A stretch of 64,000 nucleotides of DNA from an uncultured Pelagibacteraceae bacterium (GCA_902604975.1 CACLAY010000003.1:6008-70007); one strand, 5' to 3'. Positions 9,253-19,686 are shown, counted from the stretch's first letter. Notes: a model not told the origin generated them from the letters alone. Made by a program: numbers and translations.

Positions 9253-10623
9253 ATGAGATACGTAAGCACAAGAGATAATTCAAAAGAATACAGTTTTGAA
9301 GATGTTTTCATCAAAGGTTTAGCTGATGATGGTGGACTTTATATACCTACATCTTTAAAAAAATTCAGCTCAGATGAATTGTCTGAACTTAAAAATCTTA
9401 ATTATAATGATTTATCTACTGAAATAATAAATCAATTTTCATCAGACTTTATTTCAAAAGAGGATCTTTCTGAGTTAATTAAAAAATCTTATTCAACTTT
9501 TAGAGAAAAAGAAGTTATTAAAATATCAAATCTTGGAGAATTAAAATTAATAGAACTTTTTCATGGACCTACACTAGCTTTTAAAGATGTTGCTATGCAA
9601 TTTATTGGAAATTTGTATGAATATTACTTAACTAAAAATGATAAAAAAATTAATATTGTTGTTGCTACATCTGGTGATACAGGGGCAGCTGCTATTGATG
9701 CAATTAGAGGTAAATCAAATTTAAATATTTTTGTTTTACATCCTAATAATAGAATTTCACCAGTTCAAAGAAAATTAATGACAACAGTTGAGGATGAAAA
9801 TGTTTTCAATATCGCAATTGATGGAAATTTTGATGACTGTCAAAATATTGTTAAACAAATGTTTTCAGATTTATCTTTTTCAAAATCAATAAATATGTCA
9901 GGGGTGAATTCTATTAATTGGGCTAGAATTATAGCTCAGGCTGTTTATTATTTTTATACTTATTTTAAACTTAATATTGATAAACCTGTTTCGTTTTCGG
10001 TACCAACAGGAAACTTTGGAGATGTTTTTGCAGGTTATCTCGCAAAACAAATGGGATTGCCCATAGATAAACTTATTGTTGCAACCAATGAGAATGATAT
10101 TTTACATCGAGCAATTTCTAAAGGTGATTATATTTCAAAAAAAGTTAAAGAAACACTTTCACCAAGTATGGATATTCAATTAGCAAGTAATTTTGAAAGA
10201 TTAATTTATTATGTGAATAATTCTAATTCTGCAATTACATCAGATATAATGAAAAAAGTTAGGAATAATGAATACAAAATAGAAAAATCAAACTTAGAAA
10301 TTATCCAAAAAGATTTTATTTCAGAAAGTTGTGATGAAAATGAAACTTTAGAAATTATCAAACAACATTTTGACAAAAATAGTGTCATATTAGATCCTCA
10401 TACTGCAATTGGAGTAGGGGCTGCAAATAAGCTAAATTTTAGTGATTGTGTAATTTTATCTACTGCACATCCATGTAAATTTCCAGCTGCTACACATAAG
10501 GCTATAAATAAACATGAAGAACTACCTAAAGAGCTACAATATGTTCATAGTAAAGAGGAAAATTTTCAATTATTAAAAAATGATACAGAGGCAGTAAAAA
10601 ATTTCGTTAAAAGTAAATTATGA
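9253..10623 (+). CDS. thrC: Threonine synthase
   Basis: YVSTR, ELFHGPTLAFKD, ATSGDTG, NSINWAR, VPTGNFG, TAHP. Confidence 0.97.
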   Translation: MRYVSTRDNSKEYSFEDVFIKGLADDGGLYIPTSLKKFSSDELSELKNLNYNDLSTEIINQFSSDFISKEDLSELIKKSYSTFREKEVIKISNLGELKLIELFHGPTLAFKDVAMQFIGNLYEYYLTKNDKKINIVVATSGDTGAAAIDAIRGKSNLNIFVLHPNNRISPVQRKLMTTVEDENVFNIAIDGNFDDCQNIVKQMFSDLSFSKSINMSGVNSINWARIIAQAVYYFYTYFKLNIDKPVSFSVPTGNFGDVFAGYLAKQMGLPIDKLIVATNENDILHRAISKGDYISKKVKETLSPSMDIQLASNFERLIYYVNNSNSAITSDIMKKVRNNEYKIEKSNLEIIQKDFISESCDENETLEIIKQHFDKNSVILDPHTAIGVGAANKLNFSDCVILSTAHPCKFPAATHKAINKHEELPKELQYVHSKEENFQLLKNDTEAVKNFVKSKL

Positions 10624-11105
10624 AGCTAAAAGTTAATGACCAAATTCCAGATGCAAAAATCTTCCATTTAGTTGATGGTGAGCCCAATGAGCAAAATATA
10701 TCTGAAATACTAGGATCAAAAAAAATTGTATTATTTGGTTTACCTGGTGCGTTTACAGCTACATGCTCTAATTTTCATTTACCAGGTTATGTTAAAAATG
10801 CTCAACAAATCTTAGATAAAGGTATTGATAAAATATTTTGCTTAGCTGTTAATGACCCTTATGTAATGAATGCTTGGGGTGAAGAGAATAATATAGGAGA
10901 AAATATAGTCATGTTAGCTGATCCTTATTTGTCCTTTACAAAGTTGATTGGTGCTGAAGTTGATAGAAACTCAAAAGGTATGGGCATGAGATCAAGCCGT
11001 TATGCAATAGTTATTGAAAATCTTCAAGTTCAAAATATTCAAGAAGAAGAGGAAACTAAAAATTGTGGAATATCTTCAGCAAATGGAATACTAGATATAA
11101 TTTAA
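10620..11105 (+). CDS. Peroxiredoxin (Prx5 type)
   Basis: PGAFTATCS (PxxxTxxC), VNDPYVM, RSSRYA. Confidence 0.93.
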   Translation: MKLKVNDQIPDAKIFHLVDGEPNEQNISEILGSKKIVLFGLPGAFTATCSNFHLPGYVKNAQQILDKGIDKIFCLAVNDPYVMNAWGEENNIGENIVMLADPYLSFTKLIGAEVDRNSKGMGMRSSRYAIVIENLQVQNIQEEEETKNCGISSANGILDII

Positions 11106-11112
11106 AATTGAA

Positions 11113-11823
11113 TTAAATTTTATGTATTAAAATAAAATGATTAATTTTCTTATTAAAAATCTTGTAAGTAAATCTTAGTAAAAATTGTAAAAATTTTACT
11201 TTAAAAAAAATTAAATTTAAAAACTTTTTTTTACCAAATCTAGAGGGCAACAAATAAATTATTTCATAATTTACTTTTAGCTTTCTTAGATTACTAAATA
11301 GATCATTTTCGTTTTTAATTTGTTCAAAAATTAAAAAACCTTCATCTTTTAATTGATTTATTAATATGTTGATTAGTTTTTTTTGATTTTCTATATTCGA
11401 GTCTCTTGTAAAAGGGTAAATTTCGCGTAGATAGATTATATCATAATTTTTTTTAAAACTTGATAAACTTTCAATATCAGACTGAAAAAAATTATCATCT
11501 TGAAATATTTTTTCATGTATTTTTTTCACAGATTCTGATGGGTCGCAATAAAATACTTTATAATCACATATCTTTTGTAATTCTCTAGCTATAAAACCTA
11601 GCCCACAGCCACAATCTAAAAAATTTACGTCATATTTTTGTAAATAATTATAAAAAAAAATTTTTATTCTAGAGGCAAATAAATTAGCATTTCTTATTTG
11701 AGAATGATTATCTATATTAATTTCATCTAAACTTTTTTTAAACTCTTCAACTGATAAATCAGCTTTTTTTTTTAATCGTGTATATGTAGAAGGTTCATTT
11801 TCAAAATAATTACTAAATTTCAT
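11113..11823 (-). CDS. Class I SAM-dependent methyltransferase
   Basis: FLDCGCGLG motif I, YDIIY; likely start is the ATG at 11823 rather than 11847. Confidence 0.8.
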   Translation of the reverse strand: MKFSNYFENEPSTYTRLKKKADLSVEEFKKSLDEINIDNHSQIRNANLFASRIKIFFYNYLQKYDVNFLDCGCGLGFIARELQKICDYKVFYCDPSESVKKIHEKIFQDDNFFQSDIESLSSFKKNYDIIYLREIYPFTRDSNIENQKKLINILINQLKDEGFLIFEQIKNENDLFSNLRKLKVNYEIIYLLPSRFGKKKFLNLIFFKVKFLQFLLRFTYKIFNKKINHFILIHKI

Positions 11824-12244
11824 CAAAATTAGCTGCCTCTCTCGCAATTAAATCAACTTCGTTATTCAATTTATCTGTAGAATGACCTTTTACCCAACTC
11901 CATTTTATTTCAAGTTTACTAGTCATAAAATCTAATTCAGTCCAGAGATCTTTATTTTTTACAGGTTGGTTATTTTTAGTTTTCCAACCATTTTTTTTCC
12001 AATTATGTATCCACTCTGTTATTCCTGACTTTACATATTTAGAGTCTGTAAAAATTTGAACATTGCTTCCTTTAGGTATTTTTTTAAGAGCCTTTATAGG
12101 AGCAAGCAATTCCATTTGGTTATTTGTGGTATCTTTTTTGCTACCCTTTATTTGGATTTTTTTATTATCATCTATAATTATTGCAGCCCATCCGCCATTT
12201 CCTGGATTACCCAAGCAAGAACCATCAGTATAAATTTTTATCAT
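11813..12244 (-). CDS. rnhA: Ribonuclease HI
   Basis: YTDGSCLGNPG, TNNQMEL, TDSKYV, WVKGH. Confidence 0.97.
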   Translation of the reverse strand: MIKIYTDGSCLGNPGNGGWAAIIIDDNKKIQIKGSKKDTTNNQMELLAPIKALKKIPKGSNVQIFTDSKYVKSGITEWIHNWKKNGWKTKNNQPVKNKDLWTELDFMTSKLEIKWSWVKGHSTDKLNNEVDLIAREAANFDEI

Positions 12245-13209
12245 CAGAAATAATCCTTAAAAGAGTTTAATTTTCTATGAAAATTTAATTTATCTAGATA
12301 TTCTTTTGGGTCTTTAATTTTAATTAATGCTTTTTTAGGAGTATTTAAATAGTCATATGATCTTGTAAGAAGATATCTTAAAGCTGAGCCTCTACATAAA
12401 GTATTGAAATTATACTTTTCTTTGGTAGTTAGTTTTCGTATTGATTGGTAACCTCTCAATAATTGTGCAGATTTACTTTTGTCTAGTACAAAAATTTTAT
12501 TTCTCTTTTTAAAACACAGTGCATTTACACATGTGGCTAATTCATAAGCTAAAAAATCATTTGCAGAAAAATAAAAATCAATAAATCCGTAATATTTTTT
12601 CTTGTAGAAAAAAATATTATCAATGAACAGATCGCTATGAATTATTCCATAGGGCATGTTTTTTGGCCATTTTTTTTTAATATCAATTAAATTGGTTTTC
12701 ATAGTTTCAGTTAAATTACTTGAAAGTTTATTAATTCTTCGATCAATTTTACTAAGCAAAGGTCCCCAGGAATTTATTGAAAGTGAATTTTTTCTATATA
12801 ATCTTAATTTTTTAGCTGCTATATGTAACAGGGCTGCATTTTTTCCAACTTGAAAACAGTCTTTATTTGTTAATTGATTTTTATCTTTTCCATCTAAAAA
12901 GCTTACCAAACATGCAGTTTTATTTTTAATTTTGAATAAATATTTCCCTTTTTTATTCTTTATTGGCTCTGGACATTTGATTTTATTTTTTGATAAACCA
13001 AACATAAGGTTCATAAAAAAAGGTAAATCTTTTTTTTGAACTCTTTTTTCAAATATAGTCAGTATTATTTTTTTTTTATTTGTTTTTATTAAGTAATTAG
13101 TATTTTCAATTCCTTTTTTTATGCCTGAAAAAGATACAATTTTACCAATTTTAAAGTTTTTCTCAATCAAGCTTAAATCGCTCTGATTTATCCTTGTATA
13201 TACAGCCAT
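12244..13209 (-). CDS. thrB: Homoserine kinase type II
   Basis: MAVYT, GIENTNY, IHSDLFIDN, IDFYF; ispH-thrB-rnhA synteny. Confidence 0.95.
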   Translation of the reverse strand: MAVYTRINQSDLSLIEKNFKIGKIVSFSGIKKGIENTNYLIKTNKKKIILTIFEKRVQKKDLPFFMNLMFGLSKNKIKCPEPIKNKKGKYLFKIKNKTACLVSFLDGKDKNQLTNKDCFQVGKNAALLHIAAKKLRLYRKNSLSINSWGPLLSKIDRRINKLSSNLTETMKTNLIDIKKKWPKNMPYGIIHSDLFIDNIFFYKKKYYGFIDFYFSANDFLAYELATCVNALCFKKRNKIFVLDKSKSAQLLRGYQSIRKLTTKEKYNFNTLCRGSALRYLLTRSYDYLNTPKKALIKIKDPKEYLDKLNFHRKLNSFKDYF

Positions 13210-14159
13210 TAATTTAATTTTCCTGGGATTTTAAATGTTACGTCTTCTTTGACTATTTCAACTTCCTCTATTTCTACAGTAAATTTTTTTTTAATATTTT
13301 CTATGAATTCATTAACTAATACTTCAGGAGCTGAGGCACCAGATGAAATACCTATTGTTTTGCATTTAGATATTTTTTCAAGAGGAAAGCTGCTTTCTGA
13401 ATGAATTAATTCAGCATTTTCACATCCATTATTTTGAGCTACTTCCACTAATCTAACTGAGTTAGAAGAATTCCTACTACCAATTACAAAAAGATTATCA
13501 CACTCTTTTGCAATTTTTTTGACTGCTGCTTGCCTATTTGTTGTTGCGTAACAAATATCATCTTTTTTTGGCTCGTGAATATCAGGAAAACGTTCTTTTA
13601 AAACATTTATAATATCTTTAGTATCATCAACCGACAATGTTGTTTGTGTAATATAAGCAAGTTTATCGTTTTCACCTCTTTGATAATTTTTTGCATCATC
13701 TATAGTTTCAATAAGATCAATCTTTCCACTAGCTACTTGGCCCATTGTACCAATTACTTCAGGATGGTTTTTATGACCTATTAGCAAAACTTGAACATCT
13801 TTTTTATTTAAATTTTCAGCTTCTCTGTGAACTTTAGATACTAATGGACATGTTGCATCAACAAAAATCATGTTTAAACTTTCTGCTTCTTGAGGAACAG
13901 ATTTTGGTACACCATGAGCTGAAAAGATAACAGGCCTTGTTTTATCTTCAATTTCATCAATCTCTTCTACAAATATAGCACCAATTTTTTTTAAGCCATC
14001 TACTACGTGCTTGTTATGAACTATTTCATGTCTTACATATACAGGGGCGCCATATTTTTTTATACTTTTCTTCACAATTTCAATTGCTCTGTCGACACCG
14101 GCACAAAATCCTCTCGGAGCTGCTAAAAGTATTTTAAGATGATTATTCCTCACTTTCAT
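13209..14159 (-). CDS. ispH: 4-hydroxy-3-methylbut-2-enyl diphosphate reductase
   Basis: PRGFCAGV, SAHG, DATCPLV, ICYATTNRQ, SSNS. Confidence 0.97.
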   Translation of the reverse strand: MKVRNNHLKILLAAPRGFCAGVDRAIEIVKKSIKKYGAPVYVRHEIVHNKHVVDGLKKIGAIFVEEIDEIEDKTRPVIFSAHGVPKSVPQEAESLNMIFVDATCPLVSKVHREAENLNKKDVQVLLIGHKNHPEVIGTMGQVASGKIDLIETIDDAKNYQRGENDKLAYITQTTLSVDDTKDIINVLKERFPDIHEPKKDDICYATTNRQAAVKKIAKECDNLFVIGSRNSSNSVRLVEVAQNNGCENAELIHSESSFPLEKISKCKTIGISSGASAPEVLVNEFIENIKKKFTVEIEEVEIVKEDVTFKIPGKLN

Positions 14160-14316
14160 CCTTTCGAAAAAATGGGATTAAAAAAATAATACATGCAATT
14201 AGAAAAAAAAGACTGCCAAACATAGCCCAAAAACTTCCTACACTTGATATAATAAAACCCAACGCAGAAATAATGAATAAAATCCACCCAATTAAATTAA
14301 TATTTTTATTACTCAT
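14143..14316 (-). CDS. Small two-TM membrane protein
   Basis: GWILFIISA...GSLFFLIAC; overlaps blh and ispH as in an operon; likely ATG at 14316. Confidence 0.65.
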   Translation of the reverse strand: MSNKNINLIGWILFIISALGFIISSVGSFWAMFGSLFFLIACIIFLIPFFRKDESEE

Positions 14317-15199
14317 TTTTTTCAATTAAATATTCGAGCAATATATGTGGAAAAGTTAATGAGGCCAATCCAATAAAAATTACTCGATATATAGTTTCAT
14401 TAAATTCGTTATAATTATTAAGAATTGATATAGAAACAACATATCCAAAAATTGTCAAAATTGTTAGTGGAAGGGCTTTTTTAATGAATATTGGCAAACC
14501 TTTTGTCAAATTTTTATTTATTTCTCTAATCAAAGAAATCGAGTGCCTAATAGAATGTAAAAAGCAAAAGTAAATCGTAAAAGCAATTATTGGATTAAGA
14601 AAGTAATTTAGGATTAATATTGATAAATAATCCATTAATAATAATGACTTTGCTTCGATACTTTTGTTTAACGATAAAATAATTCCAGAAATTAAAGATA
14701 GTAAGATAAATATGAATAATATCTCGTTAGATATTATTAAATTATTTGAAATAAAAAAATTTAATGTCTCGAATATCTTCAGTGTCTCTTCTTTGTGGAA
14801 AAATAAGGGTGAGGTAATTATTAATGATCCTTTTAAAAAATAAATTAATTCAAAGTTTTTCTTTTGGTTAATAAATTCGGAGTCCTCTTTTCCAAAATGA
14901 AAAGCAGCGATAATTAAAAACAAGAAAAGTAATGATTTTGGAAATATTAACCAAATCAATATTATAGCTGCACCAATAAGTAAATAACTCAAATAAAAAA
15001 TACCCATTGATTTATATCCAAAATATTTAATCAGTTTTTTACCTTTAATATGATCCAGAGAACCATGAGATATTCCAATTGTTAAAATTAAAAACAACGA
15101 AATTAGTAAGAAACTGCCTTCTCTCAGATATTTTATTCCAGATAAAAGTATACATAAATTAAAAAAAATTAAAGAGTGATAAAAATTAATTCTAATCAT
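14309..15199 (-). CDS. blh: Brp/Blh beta-carotene 15,15'-dioxygenase
   Basis: GISHGSLD, AFHFG, FLHSIRH, LTFPH; follows crtIBY. Confidence 0.95.
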   Translation of the reverse strand: MIRINFYHSLIFFNLCILLSGIKYLREGSFLLISLFLILTIGISHGSLDHIKGKKLIKYFGYKSMGIFYLSYLLIGAAIILIWLIFPKSLLFLFLIIAAFHFGKEDSEFINQKKNFELIYFLKGSLIITSPLFFHKEETLKIFETLNFFISNNLIISNEILFIFILLSLISGIILSLNKSIEAKSLLLMDYLSILILNYFLNPIIAFTIYFCFLHSIRHSISLIREINKNLTKGLPIFIKKALPLTILTIFGYVVSISILNNYNEFNETIYRVIFIGLASLTFPHILLEYLIEKNE

Positions 15200-15204
15200 T
15201 TAAT

Positions 15205-16269
15205 TTAAAAAAGTGCTTTAATAAAAATCCATTTAGGCATTTTTAATATTATTGATAAATCTTCAAATAAATTACTTCTATTCGACAAAAATTTTATAAC
15301 AGTATTAGATTTATTATTAAACATCCTAAAAAAAATATTTGGCATTTTGCTTGGATTATTTTTAAGAACTTTTAAAAAAATATTATCAAGAAATTGATAT
15401 TTTTTTTTAATTTGAAAAGTTTTCAATTTACTAATATTTTCGATATTTTCTCTTAAATATTTACTTTGTTCTTGTATATTTAGAAAAGTATAACCAGTGC
15501 TTAACCTTGTCATACCACCAGCTGTTCCAATATTAATTTTATTTTTTACTTGGTCAATTGTTGGGTAAAAAAGAGGTATTGCACCCACTTCTTTGTATGT
15601 AATCTTATAATCTTTTATTTTTAGATTATTCTCAATATATTCTTTAATTTGCTGATCATAATCTTTTTGGGAGTTGTCATTCATTTCTGATAACCAAGTT
15701 GTTTCAACTAATGCTGTCTTTTTTGAATACGGAAGTGTATAAAAAAAATGAACACTTCCTCTCTGCTCACAATCAAAATCCATTAGATTCATCATTTCTT
15801 CATCAAAAAATTCCTTTTTTGTCTCTATTTCTACCCCACAGAAATGTTGCCAAAGACCAGAGTTTTGATTATCTAAATTTGGAACGCTATTGAATATTAA
15901 AGAGTTATCAAAATTTATATTTTGATCATTTTTGTGAAAAGAAATATTTTTATTCTCTTTTAATTTGTTATTTATCTTCTCATAAAATAACCCACTATCA
16001 ATACTTTGATACTGATAATTATCGCACTCTAGATGCCTAGTTTTTTGAGGTACATTTATGGAGAAATGTTTCCAATTTTTTTTTACACAATCCTCAAAAT
16101 TATGTGGGAATGTTTTCCAGAAAGACCAAGTTTTGTCTTTTTTATATTCATCTCTTGGCTCAATAATAGCTAAAGTTTTATTTTTTAACTTATTATTGAT
16201 CTCTAACTCATATGCTAAAGATAATCCTGCACAACCGCCACCAATTATGATAAAATCAAAATCTTTCAT
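15205..16269 (-). CDS. crtY: Lycopene beta-cyclase
   Basis: GGGCAGLSLA, DKTWSFW, LMDF, FFYTLP, GTAGG...STGY. Confidence 0.93.
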   Translation of the reverse strand: MKDFDFIIIGGGCAGLSLAYELEINNKLKNKTLAIIEPRDEYKKDKTWSFWKTFPHNFEDCVKKNWKHFSINVPQKTRHLECDNYQYQSIDSGLFYEKINNKLKENKNISFHKNDQNINFDNSLIFNSVPNLDNQNSGLWQHFCGVEIETKKEFFDEEMMNLMDFDCEQRGSVHFFYTLPYSKKTALVETTWLSEMNDNSQKDYDQQIKEYIENNLKIKDYKITYKEVGAIPLFYPTIDQVKNKINIGTAGGMTRLSTGYTFLNIQEQSKYLRENIENISKLKTFQIKKKYQFLDNIFLKVLKNNPSKMPNIFFRMFNNKSNTVIKFLSNRSNLFEDLSIILKMPKWIFIKALF

Positions 16270-17107
16270 TTAAATTTATTTCTTCACTAATTAATTCATG
16301 TTCTTTATCTCTAAGGTGATTATGTTTTTTAATCAATGACAGTTTTAGCAAGTCAAATATAGATAATAATGTTTCCAATATCTTACCAATATTAGTAACA
16401 AAAATTTTACCTGATTGGTTGTAATTTTGAATTGTTTGCTTTTTAATAATATTTCTACCTATTTGCCTATAAACTCTTCTTGCAACTAAGATTGAAAATC
16501 TAAGACTTAATGGAATATCCTTTATTGAAGAAAAGCTACTATCGTAAAATAAATCTGCAGTTGCCAATGTTTCTTTTATGGATTCAAAATTATGTTTTAT
16601 ATAAAACCTTTTATTTTTAGAGTCTTCTATTACATCTCTAGAAATATTTGTAAGTTGCATAGCTATTCCCAAATCTATAGCCGATTTAAGAGAATCAGAG
16701 TTAGTGACATTTAAAATTTTTGCCATCATTAATCCAACGGTTCCTGCTACTCTGTATGAATAAATTAATAATTCCTTTTTTGAATTTAATCTTATTTCAT
16801 TTTGAATATCAGACTCCACACCATCGAATAAGTCCTCTACAATTTTTGTGGAAATATTATATTCATCCATTAATACCCACATATTTTTAATTATATGGTT
16901 CTGAAATTCTTTATTGATAAAATTATTTTTGAAGTTTAAAAATCTTCTTAATTTAACATCAATTATACCTTCGTCGTCTGCTATATTGTCTAAAGTTCTA
17001 CAAAAATCGTATAAATTAGAACATTTCAAATAAGTTTCTTTTGGAAGAAAAAAACCAGCCCAGTTAAATGATTTTGCGTATATTGATAGAAAACTCTTTT
17101 TCTCCAT
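16256..17107 (-). CDS. crtB: Phytoene synthase
   Basis: AKSF, CRTLDNIADD, YSYRVAGTVG, MQLTNISRDVIED. Confidence 0.94.
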   Translation of the reverse strand: MEKKSFLSIYAKSFNWAGFFLPKETYLKCSNLYDFCRTLDNIADDEGIIDVKLRRFLNFKNNFINKEFQNHIIKNMWVLMDEYNISTKIVEDLFDGVESDIQNEIRLNSKKELLIYSYRVAGTVGLMMAKILNVTNSDSLKSAIDLGIAMQLTNISRDVIEDSKNKRFYIKHNFESIKETLATADLFYDSSFSSIKDIPLSLRFSILVARRVYRQIGRNIIKKQTIQNYNQSGKIFVTNIGKILETLLSIFDLLKLSLIKKHNHLRDKEHELISEEINLNERF

Positions 17108-18564
17108 TACAAAATTTTGTCTAAGACTTTTGCTGAAGATAGTACTCCTGGCACACCTGCTCCAGGGTGAGTACCTGCTCCAACAAAATATAAACCATCA
17201 AAAATCTCTGATTTATTATGAAATCTAAAATAAGCTGATTGAGTAAATTTTGGTTGAATAGAAAAACCTGAGCCATGTTTTGTATTTAACTCTTTCTCAA
17301 AATAATCAGGAGTTAAGTAAAAATCCTCAACAATATTTTCACTTAGATTAGGTAGTAAACTTTCCTCCATTTTTTTAATAACTAAGTTTTTCATTTTATC
17401 TCCCTCAATTGACCAGTCTATACCAGATTGGTTATTAGGAACTGGAACCAACACATAAAAACAATCATGATTATCAGGCGCCATCGATTTGTCTGTAGCT
17501 GTCGGTCTATGTAAATAGTAACTAATATCGTCATTTAATTTTTTATTGTTAAAAATATCGTCCAAGTGTTCCTTGTACTTATCTCCAAATTTGATTGTAT
17601 GATGTTCAACATCGTCGTAAACTTTTTTGGTTCCAAAATAATAAACAAACAAACCCATTGAATATTCCATTCTTTTCATTTTCCAATTAAAAATAGAATT
17701 ACTATTATTTGTATTTGCTAATTTTGAGTAAACTGCAGGTGGATCGGCGTTACAAATAACATTATCTGTTTCTATTTTATCTCCATTATTTAGTTCAACC
17801 CCAGTTATTTTATTTTTATTTGATATGATTTTATTTACTTCAAAACCTTTTAATATTTTTATATTTTCTTCATTCATTAGTTTTTCCATGCCATTTATTA
17901 TTTGACCAGTACCACCCATTGAATAATGAATTCCCCATTTTTTTTCTAAATATAAAATTAATCCGTATATTGATGTTGTTGTGAACGGATTACCACCTAC
18001 CAATAGTGGGTGCATACTAAGTAATCTTCTTAATTTTTCATCTTCAATATATGAGGAAACCAAACCATAAACAGATTTATAACTCTTTAGATTAAATAAA
18101 GAGGGTATTTGCTTTAACATAAAAGAGGGTTTATCAAAGGGGACATCTGATAGTTCAGTAAAACCTTTATCAAAAATCTTTTTTGTAAAATTAACTAAAT
18201 TTTTATATCCGTTAACATCTTTTTCGTTAATCTTTTTTATTTGATTAACCATTTCTTCTTCATCACCAGAATAGTTAAACTTAAAACCATCTTCAAAAAC
18301 AAATTGATACCAAGTTTTTAAAGATTTTATTTCTAAATAGTCATTTGAATTCTTGTCAAAAAGCTGAAATAATTCATCAATCAAGTAGGGCGCTGTTATC
18401 ACAGTTGGACCACCATCAAATGTAAATCCATTTTTTTTAAAGACTCTTGCCCGTCCACCTAAATCTTCATGTTTTTCAATCAAGGTTACATTATGGCCTT
18501 TAGCTTTTAACCTTAATGCTGCAGCCATACCGCCAAAACCTGATCCTATTACTACCGAATTCAT
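17107..18564 (-). CDS. crtI: Phytoene desaturase
   Basis: GSGFGG, FDGGPTVIT, VGAGTHPGAGVPGV. Confidence 0.96.
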   Translation of the reverse strand: MNSVVIGSGFGGMAAALRLKAKGHNVTLIEKHEDLGGRARVFKKNGFTFDGGPTVITAPYLIDELFQLFDKNSNDYLEIKSLKTWYQFVFEDGFKFNYSGDEEEMVNQIKKINEKDVNGYKNLVNFTKKIFDKGFTELSDVPFDKPSFMLKQIPSLFNLKSYKSVYGLVSSYIEDEKLRRLLSMHPLLVGGNPFTTTSIYGLILYLEKKWGIHYSMGGTGQIINGMEKLMNEENIKILKGFEVNKIISNKNKITGVELNNGDKIETDNVICNADPPAVYSKLANTNNSNSIFNWKMKRMEYSMGLFVYYFGTKKVYDDVEHHTIKFGDKYKEHLDDIFNNKKLNDDISYYLHRPTATDKSMAPDNHDCFYVLVPVPNNQSGIDWSIEGDKMKNLVIKKMEESLLPNLSENIVEDFYLTPDYFEKELNTKHGSGFSIQPKFTQSAYFRFHNKSEIFDGLYFVGAGTHPGAGVPGVLSSAKVLDKIL

Positions 18565-18608
18565 AATTTGGATTTTATATTATTTTAAGAAAATGTAACG
18601 TAATTTAG

Positions 18609-19103
18609 TTATGAATTAATTTTTTTTAATTCAGTCTTTGCTTCTTCAAGATTTTTTTCAAACAGATTATCTAATTTAGATTTATCAACTGTAGTTATTA
18701 TAATTTTTTTCACTGACTCCAGTGCAATTTTGACAGAAGTGTCTTTTATTTCTTTAATTGCTCCCTCTTTCATCTGATTAATTTTTGTTTGAGTTAAATT
18801 CTTCTTTATTTCAGAAGATTTGTGAAATTTTTCATTCATGCTTATAACAAGTTGTTCAGACTCAGCTTTGGCTTGATCAAGGATCTTTTTTGACTCCCCT
18901 TCAACAGAATTAAGTTTAGCCTGAGCTTCATCTAAAAGTTTTTTTGAATCAACTCTTAACTTTTCACTTTCATCGATTTCTTTTTTTATATCTCCTATCA
19001 TTTTTGTTAGGAGATTGTTTATATTCTGAGGTATTTTAAAATATACCAATAGACCTATAAAAATAAAAAACGATATTGCTACCCAAAAAGTTGCATCAAA
19101 CAT
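18609..19103 (-). CDS. atpF: F0F1 ATP synthase subunit b
   Basis: MFDATFWVAISF TM helix plus coiled coil; likely ATG at 19103. Confidence 0.92.
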   Translation of the reverse strand: MFDATFWVAISFFIFIGLLVYFKIPQNINNLLTKMIGDIKKEIDESEKLRVDSKKLLDEAQAKLNSVEGESKKILDQAKAESEQLVISMNEKFHKSSEIKKNLTQTKINQMKEGAIKEIKDTSVKIALESVKKIIITTVDKSKLDNLFEKNLEEAKTELKKINS

Positions 19104-19683
19104 CTTTTCTCTCTCTTTTAATTTTTGATTGGTCTTCCACAATTGCTGCTATGCTGCTACTATTTACTTCTTCACCAATTAGCTCTTTTATTAATTCAGC
19201 TGATGTTTCAGCTGCAATTTTATTTATTTTTTCTCCTGATTTATTCTTTAGATCAGATAATTCCTTTTCTACTTCATCTATTTCTTCATCAAGATCTTTC
19301 TCTAATGCAGCTCTTTTTTTATTGATATCATCTAAAATCTTTTCTCTAGCCTCATTAAAGTAACTTTTAGCTTTTAGTTTACTGTCTAAAATAATCTTTT
19401 CATATTCGTCAATTTTTTTTTGACTTTCCTCTTTTTGCTTATCTGCTGTCTCAATATTTTCAAGTATTTGTGATTTTCTAGTTTCTAAGTTATCGCTAAT
19501 CTTAGGCAATATAACTTTAGTTAAAACAATAAAAAGTATTCCAAACGTGATGATAAGCCAGAAGATTTGAGAAATCCAAAACTCTGGATTAAGTTGAGGC
19601 ATACCACCACTTTCAGCGGCAAACACTGTATTAAAACATGCAAAGCATGTAACGAATAATAAAATAACTATTTTTTTTAACAT
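19096..19683 (-). CDS. atpG: F0F1 ATP synthase subunit b'
   Basis: GMPQL...SQIFWL alphaproteobacterial b' signature. Confidence 0.9.
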   Translation of the reverse strand: MLKKIVILLFVTCFACFNTVFAAESGGMPQLNPEFWISQIFWLIITFGILFIVLTKVILPKISDNLETRKSQILENIETADKQKEESQKKIDEYEKIILDSKLKAKSYFNEAREKILDDINKKRAALEKDLDEEIDEVEKELSDLKNKSGEKINKIAAETSAELIKELIGEEVNSSSIAAIVEDQSKIKRERKDV

Positions 19684-19686
19684 TAA

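Noticed and set aside
14309-18564. crtIBY-blh without an adjacent rhodopsin as a novel system
   Set aside because: Retinal genes unlinked from proteorhodopsin are an expected arrangement in SAR11-like genomes; the opsin is probably elsewhere.
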